Shown here piece after piece: positions 13,272 through 25,139 of a stretch of DNA of 64,000 bases. The notes under the pieces were generated by a model, which made no database searches, was not told the DNA's origin, and worked only from the letters and a program-made list of their open reading frames with translations. This DNA is from Vairimorpha necatrix (taxonomy: Eukaryota). Where the stretch lies: contig CP142737.1 in assembly GCA_036630325.1 (NCBI GenBank), forward strand, positions 310,001-374,000, written 5' to 3'. Each line of letters starts with the position of its first letter. Within the stretch, counting starts at the first letter, position 1. The translations under genes were made by a program, and so were the position numbers.

Positions 13272-14619
13272 TATGGGTATAACGATTAACAAAAATATAT
13301 AGTTTTTATGACGTTTGATAGATTTGAAATATGATGTATATTTCAGTATAAACTTTGTAAAATGTAAAGCATCGTTTTTCGAATAAATTGAATTTATAAG
13401 ATTTAGAAAAAATTAATAAATGGAATTTTGACACAACGAAGAAAAGTTATCGCGTATAATGTTATTGAGTTAAAGTCGGCTTTAGCAAAAAAAATTCAAT
13501 ATAGGATTTTTTGTTTTTGAATTTGTTAATTGTCAATACATAGTCAACAGTACGTTTTACCAATATAAATTAGTATGAAATGGGTTGTTTTAAAAATTAA
13601 AAGCATTTTATATTATTTTGATATTTTATATCAGAAAAGGTTCCAAAAAACGAAATTTTACTGATCGATGCCGTATCGAGCATGTCAAAAATAACTTTTA
13701 TCGTGTTATCATCTAATAGTTTAGCTATTAGCTACGCTTTATAATTAAAATGTCATTATTAATGTCTTAAAATCAATGATATCTGCATTGGACTTTATTT
13801 TGTTTACTGATTAACTTGTTTGTTTTATAGAATTGCCCTTTATAGTGCATTCTTAATGTCGCAGACATAACAACAATATTTTTCTCTATTTGATTTTTTT
13901 TATGTATATGATAAATCATTATAAGTATTTTATTTTGTGCATCAAGAAATGTTTTCAATATATTGGTTTAACTCTATAAAAGTTATTCATTATTATAACT
14001 GCGCTAAAAGTGATAGTATTCTACCATAAAAATTTTATTGCATTTATAAATTCTTATAATTTTATACTTACAAGTTATTATAAAAAATTTAAGCCTCGCA
14101 TTAATTTCGCATTTGATTGTACACGTATTTTTATAGCATTTCACAATTTACATACTTATTTTCTGGTAACAGTAGTCGCGCTATATATGGGACGCACCTA
14201 TCTTAACTTTTGTTCCCTCTGTATTGTTTTACATGTTGCACATAGTGTATTTAAATGTCTGTTATTTTTTAATAAAAAACATGTCCCCATAATGATCTCT
14301 AGTAATCCTATCAAATCTGTCATATTTTTTTTATCACTTTGATGTCTTTATATTGATTACCTTTATAACAATTACATTTATAAACATCGTAATATCTTAA
14401 CGATTTTTTTATAAGAGCCATTTACTTTGTAGATATTTTCCGCCTTTTAAAAACAAACTGAAGCTCTACTTTTGTATTTTTTTATTATAAATAAATTCAA
14501 TATTTATAAAAACAGCAAACTAATAGTTATAAACGTATCCATAATATTTTTAGGCTCCTAAATGTTTTACCTTGAGTCACTATTTTTTAAAAAGTCATTT
14601 TTTGGTAAATAAACATTCA

Positions 14620-15705
14620 TTCTTTGTTTTTTACCCGTGTATTTTATTATAAAAATTGTATAAAAACGGGTTTAATAGGTTTTATTTTGGGTAAAAAAAT
14701 AGAATATAAAAACAAAAGGCCTGTTGGTATTATTTTTTGATGTTTTCTGGGACGACAAACGATTGATATTATTAACATATAGATCATTTATACCAACCAT
14801 AGCTCATTTTTTTGATCTTCTTTAGCTTCTGAAAATTAAATTTAAAAGTTATTGGAAATTGAAACAACAATATTCTTTATTGAATAATTATGTAACATCT
14901 TTTCAAAAAAAAAATCAGAATAAACTTCATTTTAAATTAAAACTTTTTAAACTACAAAACGACTCTGATTTTCTCATCAAATTGTGTAGTCCATGCTTTT
15001 ATCTCTTATAATTAGATTATGGACGTCTTATAAAATCAAATTATTTCTAGGAAGAACTGGTTTATTTGTAGAAACAACCTATAAAATAGTAAATTGACAT
15101 CATTTGAAAAGAATATAATATAGATTTCTCATATTCTTTCGATTTTTTTGATCTTAGATATTACTGTCGTATTATTTTTGTTATTATAAAAATTTTAAAT
15201 ACTAATTTACTAAAAAAAATTCCAAAGACTTTAAAAAAAAAATAATCATCATCGCAGTCCTTATGGAGCTATGACTAATCTGCAAAAATTTAATTAATCG
15301 TATTTGGATATATGGTTACCCTTTTATATCATCAATTTCAGAGAACACTCAATTTTATACCATAATCAAAATCATAAATCCTTGTTTTTCGCGATTTTTA
15401 AATTTCATCAAAAACACAAGTATTAGTTTAGCTACTTATTACAAATTATAATATTCAACATTTCTTTTTTAATATAGTTTATTGGCAAAAGAAAGAATGT
15501 AAATTTCCCAATATATGACTTCAAATACTGTATAATAGCTTCATAGCTTATTTTTAGCTATATCTACTTCAAAAATCTACAAATTCATTAAAATAAATCA
15601 AAGTAATTTTTAATCGACAACAGAGAAAAAAACAATGAATTTAGAATACCCTTTAATATTTGATAATTATTTATTAAATATGTCTATCATCATACGATTT
15701 AAATT
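14620..15705 (-). pseudogene. Highly decayed serpin relic (not in ORF track)
   Basis: Minus-strand fragments in correct order: LNRMMIDIFN (~15700), TTTTCTCTGTTGTCGATT (VFSPLS-like, ~15620), VLPRN (~15050), DVHNLI...GLHNLMRK (~15000), NRPF (~14720), FIIKYTGK (~14640). Many stops and frameshifts; boundaries approximate. Confidence 0.7.
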
Positions 15706-15956
15706 ATTAATAAGATTGCTAAAGGCAAAATATGGCATTTTTTGATTTAAGTTAAATGACTTCCCAAATAAATGTTTAGATAAATTTAATCGTTTAAACT
15801 AATTACATAATTTAATATATAATCTTTAACTAAAGTTAAAATAATAAGCGGATAATAATATTGACAATTAATCCCAGTCATCATTAAACTTATAATTTTT
15901 TTCTAACAATAAAAATACTGTTAAAAATAACAGCAAATATATAAGATTAATTTTTA

Positions 15957-17354
15957 TTAAGGGTATAATCTGTTGGGATCCCTAGGGAAAAGTGTGAAAT
16001 ATCTAATATCTTTCATACCAAAATAAGCCTTAATAAATCTTTCTAATCCAATTCCACATCCACCATGAGGAGGTGCCCCCATTTTAAATGCTTCAACATA
16101 CCCTCCTAAACTTTCAACATTAATCCCGAAATTCTCAATATTTTCTTTAAGTCTTTTATAAGAATTGATTCTCTGAGCACCAGATAAAATTTCTTCTCCT
16201 CTTATGATAAAATCATAACTTTTTGTTAGTCCTGTATTTTTATCAACATCAGTATAAAATGGTCTGCAGCACACAGGATAATCTTTTATTACAAAGATGT
16301 CAGTATTCCATTTTCTCTTTACGATCTCACCTAACTTTTTTTCATTTTCGTTATTAAAATCATCTTCAAGTTTCATTTCAATGTTCTCTTCATCTTTTAA
16401 CAATTTCATACATTCGACGTAATCCAAAATGACAGGTTTGTCAGTAAAAACGAATGGTTCAAAATCAAAATACTTTCCTATTGTTTCCAGTTCATTATTA
16501 TAATTTTCTGATAAAAAAGTGAAAATATTTTTCATCAAGTCATAAATGAAATAAATAAGTGTCAGATAATTATCAGTAACTTCCATTTCTAAATCTAATC
16601 CTATAAATTCACTCAGATATCTATTAATATTACTTTCTTCCGCACGATAAACATGACCAATTTCATATACTTTTTTCAATCCACCAATTATACACATTTG
16701 TTTATAAAGCTGGGGACTTTGAGCCAGAGTAGCAGTTCTCTTGAAATAGTCAACTTTAAAACAATTTGCGCCGCCTTCGCTGGCTCCACCTATTAATTTA
16801 GGTGTTTTTACTTCAATAAATCCATTTTGTCTCAAGAAATCTCTAAATTTAAACATAACTCCGTCGATTATCCTCGTAAAGGCGTATCCTTGTGGTGATC
16901 TCAAGTATAAAGATCTGTTATCAAGACACAAATGATAAGCAACAGGACTCATATTAAATTTTTCTAATTCGGCCTTAGAATAAGACACGTCTTTATAGGT
17001 GAAAGGCAAGACTGCCTCACTTTCACTTATCAAAGAGAAAGATTTTACTTGTAATTCCATTGAATTTATAGAACAACTTTTTATTTTTTGAGCTACCCCA
17101 CATAATTTGCCTTCTACTTCCATAAATGATTCATTATTGACTTTTTTTATTTCTTCATTTGTACTTAAAATACATTGTAAAGTATCATTCAGATCTCTAA
17201 GAGTAAGAAATGAAAACTTTTTACCCACTTTGGTATTCATTACAAATCCTCTTATTCTTATTTCTTTGTCAAGATATTCTTCTGTTAGATCTGATAAATT
17301 TATTAACGGCATATTAATGTTCAATTTCTCAAGGGAAGATTCTAGTTCGCTCAT
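15957..17354 (-). CDS. DPS1: Aspartyl-tRNA synthetase, cytoplasmic
   Basis: OB-fold N-terminus, ASEGGANCF, LAQSPQLYKQ, YRAEES, EEILSGAQR, PPHGGCGIGLER, FPRDPNRL; CCCC upstream of ATG. Confidence 0.95.
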   Translation of the reverse strand: MSELESSLEKLNINMPLINLSDLTEEYLDKEIRIRGFVMNTKVGKKFSFLTLRDLNDTLQCILSTNEEIKKVNNESFMEVEGKLCGVAQKIKSCSINSMELQVKSFSLISESEAVLPFTYKDVSYSKAELEKFNMSPVAYHLCLDNRSLYLRSPQGYAFTRIIDGVMFKFRDFLRQNGFIEVKTPKLIGGASEGGANCFKVDYFKRTATLAQSPQLYKQMCIIGGLKKVYEIGHVYRAEESNINRYLSEFIGLDLEMEVTDNYLTLIYFIYDLMKNIFTFLSENYNNELETIGKYFDFEPFVFTDKPVILDYVECMKLLKDEENIEMKLEDDFNNENEKKLGEIVKRKWNTDIFVIKDYPVCCRPFYTDVDKNTGLTKSYDFIIRGEEILSGAQRINSYKRLKENIENFGINVESLGGYVEAFKMGAPPHGGCGIGLERFIKAYFGMKDIRYFTLFPRDPNRLYP

Positions 17355-18406
17355 ATTGGGGCAAATATTTTTTTTACCAATAAGATAATTTTTAATAGTA
17401 TAGGTAAAAATAGACTTTGTTAGGCTGGAAATGGTATTTACTTTCCACTCGACTTATTTATCATATTTTTAGTCGTTTTTAATTTCAGTTTTATTTTATT
17501 GTCTTTTATAACGGACATTTTAATAAGGGTCGGAAAATACAGATAAATGTAAAATATTTCAAAATATATGATAGATTTAACGAGTTATTTGAAGTATTAG
17601 TAACGGACATCTCTAATATTGTTTTTTAAAATGGGGTTTTAAAGATTTTATTTAATTGATAAAATTTTATTATTTTAAGCTGAAAAATTTTAACAGCTTA
17701 TGTAATACTAGCAAAACTATAGAGAATTAATAGAAAATCAAAATATTTGCAAAAAACATTAAGAAACACTTTTGTTGGATTATTATGTTATATAGGAAGT
17801 AATACACATGACGTAAAGGATAAAAGTGACTTTAGCATTATTTAAATTTACCAGGCTATACTAAAATGACATTATAGTGCATACTTTATATTTATTCAAT
17901 CCTAAAAATTTTCTCAACAATGTTTAATTATTATGTGTAGCTAAGACAGAACATGTATGTATTTAAATAAATCAATTCTAGTATTTGAATATATTTATAA
18001 AATCACAAATCTTTTCATTTTGTCTTATTTCGCTACTTATTTTATAAATTTGCAAATATTTTAAACTTCTGCAACTGTTAATAAAATAAGCAGAGTTATT
18101 ATTTATCTCATAAGCATTTTATGAAGATTTATATAAAAATATAATGAATAACATAAGACACAAACTTGTATTATAAATTTAGTAGTTCTTTGCTTTTATA
18201 GAATAATTTTTGATAAATTTGACATTTTTGCTTTTTAATTTTTTGAGTTTTCAAAATACTAAAGAAAAAGTAATTTCTTAGAAATTCATGAAAAAAATAA
18301 AAAAGTGTTAGTAACCAATAATAAACCATTTTATGCTACATTTTTCTTTCTCCCCACAATCGTGTTTTTGTAATTATCTATAAATATAATTTTTTCTTTT
18401 ACCCTC

Positions 18407-18596
18407 ACGTCGATTTTACTATTCAGAATCGTTTGTTTAGTTCATCGAGTCAGCATTGTGAAAGCAATGAAAACTATAAAACTAGGATGAAGAGTAAAGA
18501 CAGCTATCCAATTTTGAAATTTAGAAAGAACTTGTTCTTTCTTACTGATGATAATTACTAGTATTTAGTATATGGGTAGCTGTGATCTGACTAGTT
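18407..18596 (+). ncRNA. U3: U3 snoRNA
   Basis: CCC motif at 18402; box A'/A-like GATTTTACT...TTCAGAATCGTTT; terminal stem AACTAG(18480-85)/CTAGTT(18591-96) flanking box C' GATGAAGA and box D CTGA(18587-90); stem CAGCTATCCA/TGGGTAGCTG; hairpins AGAAAGAA/TTCTTTCT and TACTA/TAGTA either side of box C TGATGA(18546-51). 5' end approximate. Confidence 0.85.
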
Positions 18597-18777
18597 CCTT
18601 ATTTAATTTTTTACCAAGCAAATTCAATGTAATTTCCACTTTAAATGTGTTTTAAGCAATACGAAAAGACTTCTTCTACAATGATAAAAATCTATAACAA
18701 TATATATTTTAAGTTACAAATATTAAGATGTATATTATATTTATTACAATTTCATACTTTATTTACAATTTATGGTT

Positions 18778-19389
18778 TTATTTCTCTAATATTCTCTCTT
18801 TAAAATCCGTAAATTTGTTTTTCTTAGATAAAACATTTTCTTCCAAAACTATTCCTTTTATAATTTTCTCTAATTCATTTTCCTTTGCACTGATATTTTC
18901 CAGTATAAAATAATTAACATTATCTGCCAACTCAACACGCTTTTCTTGTATATCTACATTAGTACTATTAAATATCAAATATTCCAGAAAATCTTCTACT
19001 TCTTTTTCATATTCAAGTGCCAATTCTCCAAGTGCTTCTCTTAAGAATTGTATTACTTCTACTTCATCTTTAATAAACTTTAATTCGTATGCTTTATGAC
19101 ATGTTATATTTACATAGACTTCTTTATTTCTATATATACTTATATCTAGCTCATTAAGTTCTTCAATTGCTTTTTCTATATTTCCGCTTTCTATAAGGTC
19201 TCGGATCTTCGACCTCAAGAGAAATAAAGGAGGAAATGTAAAATCCATGTCTAAATCTTTGGCGTAGTTTATGCACAGATTTCCGTAGCCCATGTGCATG
19301 AAATAATCAAATATTAGAGAGTTGTATTTTGATAAGTTCCCCAGCGACTCGACTTCTGTATTAAAGAAATCATTTATAGGAATGAGCAT
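18778..19389 (-). CDS. LisH/CTLH domain protein (GID/CTLH E3 complex subunit-like, Gid8-like)
   Basis: LisH-like NSLIFDYFMHMGY, CTLH-like RSKIRDLIESGNIEKAIEELN, CRA-like KRVELADNVNYFIL; ATG 19389 follows CCC. Confidence 0.7.
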   Translation of the reverse strand: MLIPINDFFNTEVESLGNLSKYNSLIFDYFMHMGYGNLCINYAKDLDMDFTFPPLFLLRSKIRDLIESGNIEKAIEELNELDISIYRNKEVYVNITCHKAYELKFIKDEVEVIQFLREALGELALEYEKEVEDFLEYLIFNSTNVDIQEKRVELADNVNYFILENISAKENELEKIIKGIVLEENVLSKKNKFTDFKERILEK

Positions 19390-19532
19390 AATTAAGGGCA
19401 CAAAAAAGGGAACATATTTAATAACAATAACTAACCTAATAAATTATCAAATATAAATTTAATTTGTTAATACAGAGTTAAAAATGCATTTATAAGACTT
19501 GTTAATTTTTTTATGCTTTTTAGTTATTTTAT

Positions 19533-20357
19533 TCAGGTTGAATATTTCTTAAATTCGGTACACAATTTCGTACACACAAAATGCTCTTCATAAGCCCAAC
19601 TTTGGATTTTTACAAATTTGTTTGTTTTGTTTTTATAAGAAGACGAGACTGCATAAACAGCATAATCTAAAAATTCCTCCATCTGATAATCAGCCAGTGA
19701 AATTGACTCATAAGCAAAATATAAAGAGTCAAGTCTCAGATGGAAAAGGGAATTTGTAAATATATATTTAAGAATCTTCTTATCATAAGAAATAGATATT
19801 CTTCTATTTCTACTACCATACAAATTGTTTAAGACTTTGTAGATAGAAAGAGAAGGCTGATAAAAATCAAACTTAGAAAAAGGCAAAGAATGAAAATTCC
19901 CAGTAAAATTCTGTATTTTTGTACAATAAGACAAAGTGATACAGAGCCCTTTGTTTAGTGATTTGTGCATGTAAGGAAGTAGACGAGTTTCTATTATTAA
20001 ATTAGTCATCTGATTAATTTTAGATTTATTTCTTATGAAATATTCCAGATCGTCAATATCAGTCAAACATATCTTGGATTTTGTTAAAAGTTTATTTTTG
20101 TATAAAGTGACATCTTCAATATATTCAGGAACAAGAGACAAATCTTTTAAGACTGAATTGATAAATGTAGATTTTAAGCATCCTGATGGGCCAGAGACTA
20201 CGATAATATTGTCATGTCTATTTTCTAAAGCGCGCTTGAATGACAAAAATTTGGATTTGGAAATAGTAGAAAGTCCTGAAGACATGGAATTTGAAAAGTC
20301 GCAGTCTAAAGAAGAGAAAGAAAAATCAAAGTCATCTGAAATTTCATCTTGATGCAT
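19533..20357 (-). CDS. Rad17/Rad24-like checkpoint clamp-loader ATPase (reduced)
   Basis: Walker A-like IIVVSGPSGCLKST resembling Rad17 GPSGCGKST; Walker B-like ICLTDID; CCCC upstream. Confidence 0.5.
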   Translation of the reverse strand: MHQDEISDDFDFSFSSLDCDFSNSMSSGLSTISKSKFLSFKRALENRHDNIIVVSGPSGCLKSTFINSVLKDLSLVPEYIEDVTLYKNKLLTKSKICLTDIDDLEYFIRNKSKINQMTNLIIETRLLPYMHKSLNKGLCITLSYCTKIQNFTGNFHSLPFSKFDFYQPSLSIYKVLNNLYGSRNRRISISYDKKILKYIFTNSLFHLRLDSLYFAYESISLADYQMEEFLDYAVYAVSSSYKNKTNKFVKIQSWAYEEHFVCTKLCTEFKKYST

Positions 20358-20390
20358 AAAAAGGGGATACTAAAAATATAAAAATAAAAT

Positions 20391-20461
20391 TGGAGCCACC
20401 AGGAATCGAACCCGGGCCTACTGCTTGCGGAGCAGCCGCTCTACCGCTGAGCTATGACCCC
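20391..20461 (-). tRNA. tRNA-Ala(CGC)
   Basis: GGGGTCA TA GCTC AGCGGTA GAGC G GCTGC TCCGCAA GCAGT AGGC CCGGG TTCGATT CCTGG TGGCTCC A; G3:U70 Ala identity pair. Confidence 0.93.
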
Positions 20462-20548
20462 ATAAAATAGGAAGAAATTTATATTTAATCGGCACATTTA
20501 TCGTGTAGAAGAAATGAATCTCATAATAACACAGATATGTTTGTAACC

Positions 20549-21127
20549 AATGCATGGCCTTTTATAATCTGCATTATAAATTTATAGAAGGGAGAAATTA
20601 TTAAAAAAGAGACTTAACGATTTATTTTGAATAATACAAGAAGATGATATATACGTTGATTAAAAGGTATTTGATGAGCACAAAGGAACTGTAAAAGATA
20701 CTCATAGTGACACCATGAGAATTACATGCTTAGATCGAATGTTTCCCCAAAAACGACCCAAATCCCAAATTTGTTGAGTATGTGTCTCAAGATCGTTAAG
20801 GATTATAAATTGGTGGGTGGGTTCACATTCGTTTGCGCCATCATTGTAATTTGTCAAAATGCGGCATCATGTGCTCCCCATTGATCATAACAGAACTAGA
20901 AAATACATTATCTTGTATCCCCTCAAAAGAATAGCAGTATTTCTACTAGCCATAGGACATGTAAAGCACACTGATTCTAAATTATTCAAAGTTTTTTACA
21001 TAAACTTAACTTCATTTTCAAATTTAAAAAAACTCCTCTGTTTTAACAATGTTCGTTCTTTTTTATAGGGGTTAAATTTTCAGCGCATGTTCATTTATCC
21101 AATGCGGGTTCCAAACGGCCATACACC
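20549..21127 (-). mobile_element. 579-bp non-autonomous DNA transposon (MITE), copy 1
   Basis: Right end GCGGGTTCCAAACGGCCATACACC (to 21127), degenerate left end AATGCATGGCCTTTT; collinear inverted similarity to 54465-55043. Confidence 0.7.
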
Positions 21128-22030
21128 AAAAAAACTAATAGACATAAAATGTGCTGGAAAAATAATAAATAAACACAATGAACGACGAAAGACTCATGAT
21201 AGCGTTTCATGTATAAATATGGTTAAGTTATATATAACTCCTGCATGTAAGCGCGTTATAAAAAAAAGGTAGTCGAAAAGGCAACATTATAGTCTCATTC
21301 TTCGGATATGTTACAAAGTTAAATGCATTTTTATAAACAATTGACAAAATACACTGAATCTTGACAAAATATTTCTAATGAAAAACATCTATAGTTTAGA
21401 AACCCAAGACGATGATATATTGATAATTTACAATAAGTTTTTGAGATTTTGACAATTGCAAAAGAAATTTAAATAATGCGTAAGTGTAAAATCAATATGA
21501 ACAGCATGGGGCAAAAGGAGGACAATGAACTGGAAATCTGAGTTTACCCAGCAATTGTCCAAAAATTAAACGAAAAAAAATGTCGTATTGCAGGACGAAA
21601 GCGAATTTGTAAATATAGTGTAACCTCTGGCCGTATTGTCTGATATTATTGCTGCATAAAACACTTGTGTATTTACTATGTTCTTTAATTTTGTCTTATT
21701 ATTTTGATCATAATTCTTAAAAGGATTTTTTTATACCATAAGTTGCTGCAAATCTGGTCTCGTATTCCTTTTTGTATGCTGGTCTATAATGCATACTTAC
21801 TTAGATCTGTCAATAAAGATATTTTCTATGAGAACTGGGTGAAATAATGTAAAATTTCGCTAGTACTATATTTATGGTGTGATTTTATACCTTAAAATAT
21901 CACATGTGACCAGTATTTCAAAATACATAATTTCATAAATCATATGAGGTAATAGTTGCAATAATAAAGCTCATTACCAAAAATTAACATGGTTTAGTAT
22001 ACGAAAAATCGTTTTTTATTATGTACATAA

Positions 22031-22079
22031 TATAAGTGCTTAACATAATTGGGGTTTAATATTATTACTGATTATAACA
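22031..22079 (-). repeat. 3' LTR (49 bp)
   Basis: Minus strand TGTTATAATCAGTAATAATATTAAACCCCAATTATGTTAAGCACTTATA, preceded by the PPT. Confidence 0.9.
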
Positions 22080-22095
22080 TCCCCCCTCCAGACGG

Positions 22096-25000
22096 TTAGT
22101 CTCCTTCAACATACTTTAAATCCCCTACACCCTTAAGATCATAATGCCTTTTTTTCACCAACCTTCCATTCTCTAATCTCACTATATATGAATCCCCTGG
22201 ACATAGCTCAATCACTCTTCCCATGTCTAAAAATCGGCCCTTACTATACTTACTACATCCCTTTAAATTCTCATTCTTGGCAACCCTAACTATCTGGTTC
22301 CTTTTGAACTTTTCTCTAAACCAACTTTTGAACTGTTGCGCATACTTTCCCTCTGGACTATTCTCCATACTAACATTTCCTGTATTATCGGTTAAAGCTT
22401 CTACTGGCGTACACTTAATACCAGCATGAAAACTTAAATTATATTTCTCAATAGCTTCATAAACCTTGTTCTCGAATTGCTCTTTTTGGCTCTTTAAAAT
22501 ACTATCTCTTACAGTTCTAATAACTCTTTCTACTCTTCCATTACTTCTGTGCGACTCAACGCTGACCTTTCTATGACTAATATCCAAATTTCTACATAGC
22601 TCGGTAACTTTTTCGTTGCAAAGCTCTTTACCATTATCCGTAATGATTTCCTCTGGTTTTCTACCCTGTTTACACAAATCCTTGATAAATTCGGCAATTC
22701 CAGATGCGTGCTTGCTCTTCAATACTCTGCCCCATAATCTCCTTGTAAAGTAATCAACTGCCAAAACAATAAACGCTTTCTCATCCCTAAATTCTATTAA
22801 ATCTAAGCCAACCTTCTCTAAATATCTTGTCGTGTTCACTAAATCAGTACCGCCACTCGTTTTTCTATTAAAAATCTGACAAGTCTCGCAATTCTTAAGG
22901 ACCTTTTCGATCTGATCCTTAATTCCTGGCCAATAATACTGTTTCCTCAACTCATAATATACCGTTGTTCTGCTTCTGTGGCTCAAATTTACATGACAAT
23001 CCATTATTAATCTCTCTCTGTCTTGTTCCAAAGGCATCTCGCCTTCTCTACCACTATCAAATACCCAGTATTCTTTACCTTCTACAATTTTTACATGCTT
23101 ATTTCTTTTCCCTTCTTTTTGTCTATCACGGCGTGTTTCATTTCTCTTTTTCTTTGCATCTTTTTCTTTTGTATATACCCTACTTAGCGCATCGGCTACG
23201 ACCATATTTTCTGGAGTTCTATATTCTATCACGAAATCAAATTCCTGAATCTTCTCGACCCATCTATTAATTCTAGCATTCTTAAAGTCGGGCTTGTTTC
23301 TTATTTCGCCCAACGCTTTATGATCAGTTTCTATTCTAAAGTTCCTACCTCTTAATTCATATTCAAACTTTTTAACGCCCCAAAAAATTGCGTACATTTC
23401 TTTTTCTGATATACCATAATTAACTTCCGTAACGGTAAACTTCTTAGACGCCCACTGTACTGGCACCCATTCTCCTTGATTTTATTTCTGTAACAGTACT
23501 GCGCCCATACCTACATTACTAGCGTCAGTCCTCAACAAAAATTCTTTATGATAGTCTGCTATTTGCAGCTTTCCTAGGCCTTTCAATACTTCTTTTAAAT
23601 TATTAAACTCGTTTTTCATATCATCCGTCCACTTCCAATTATCATTCTTCCCTTTTAAACTATCTGTCAACCTAACTGTCAATCCAGCGTAATTCTTAAT
23701 AAAATCTCTGAAACAACCCGTCATTCCTAAAAATCTTCTTACATCTGACACGCATGTTGGTATCGGAAACTCTAGGGCTTCATTTTTCTTTATCTCTGAC
23801 GGTATTATATCTTCTCCATTTAAAGTGACTCCCAATAATTTAACTTCCCGTTGACAAAACTGAACTTTATTTGCATTCAGCTTCATATTGTTTTCCTTCA
23901 GTCTATTTAATACCCTTTTCACTAATTGCTCGTGTTCTCCTATCGTTCGGCTGTACAACACAATATCGTCCATATACACCTCTAATCCTTTGCCTTTCAT
24001 ATCTCTAAAAATCCTATCCATAATTCTCTGCAATATCTGCGGGCTATTCTTATATCCCATAACCATAGAGTTCCATTCATAAACCTTGCCATTAAAATCA
24101 AACGCCGTCTTATGTTTATCCTCCTCCTCTATCTCAATACTATAGAAGGCCTCTTTAAGTCGAAAACCGTCATATATTTTGCACCTTGTGTAGCTCTTAC
24201 AACATCTCTTATGTTAGACAATCTATACTCGTCCTTTTGTACAATATCGTTCAATGCCATCAAATTACTAACCAGTCTTATATCACCATTTGGCTTTCTG
24301 ATTGACCTTATAGGATTCCTCCAACTTGAATTTGACTCTCTTATCACTTTCCTTTTTAATAAATCTTCTAGATGTAGCTCTGTATCTTTTATCAACGCCT
24401 GCGGAACCATTTGTCCCTTTTTAAATACCTTCATACCCGCTTCAGTATTAATTTTACATTTTTCCAGTTTACAATATTTTATCTCCTCTTTTCCTAACTT
24501 AAAAACCTCTCCAAAACTCTTAGCATACTTATCTAAATTTAATCTGATTCTCTTACTCTCCTCTTTAACGGCATATTCTTTTTGATTTTTCTCAAATTTG
24601 ACTCTAAGTCCTCTTTTTGATCTTCTAAAATCTCGCTCCTGACTTGACTCTGATTCACTACCTACTTCCATTTTGCAACTGTTATCCTTGTTATTCTTTT
24701 TATAATAATTATCTCTATTAATCTTCAGTCTGCATTCAAACACCCTATGCCCTTGTCTATCACAATAGAAGCATCTCGGTACTCTCGATTTTTGTCTTGG
24801 TTGTTCTCTACTAATTTCTTCATTTATAGTCCTAGAAATAATTTTTCTCATTTCCTCATATATCTTTTCTTTTTCCTCTACTTCCTTAATCCTTAACAAT
24901 AGCTTCTTCCTTATTCCTTCAATATTTTCTTCCTTTTTGATATTTCTCACAATAAAATCTTTTAAATCCATCGAAGCCAACTTGAACAGCTCACTCTTCC

Positions 25001-25139
25001 ATTTCACTCTATCTACATCTCTCAAATCCAATTCATACAATATACGCTCTAACTCCTGTAACATCTTTCTGACCACTTGGCCACAGTCCTCTCTTGTGAA
25101 CTCTTCTTTAGGTATCGCCCCCATATAAGTGCTTAACAT
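22096..25139 (-). pseudogene. Gag-Pol polyprotein (CCHC knuckle, RT, RNase H, integrase) with one frameshift and one nonsense codon
   Basis: CFYCDRQGHRVFEC; RT YMDD; RNase H LRTDAS, ETDHKAL, ADALSR; integrase HHCC plus GLD/TDNG/VER. A 1-nt deletion near 24155 (GACTTAAAGAGGCC, expected DLKEAFY) and an in-frame TAA at 23482-84. Repaired length is about 1014 aa. Confidence 0.9.

Noticed and set aside
24140-24165. Programmed -1 ribosomal frameshift
   Set aside because: It falls inside the RT catalytic DL motif, not at a gag/pol junction, and has no XXXYYYZ slippery heptamer.
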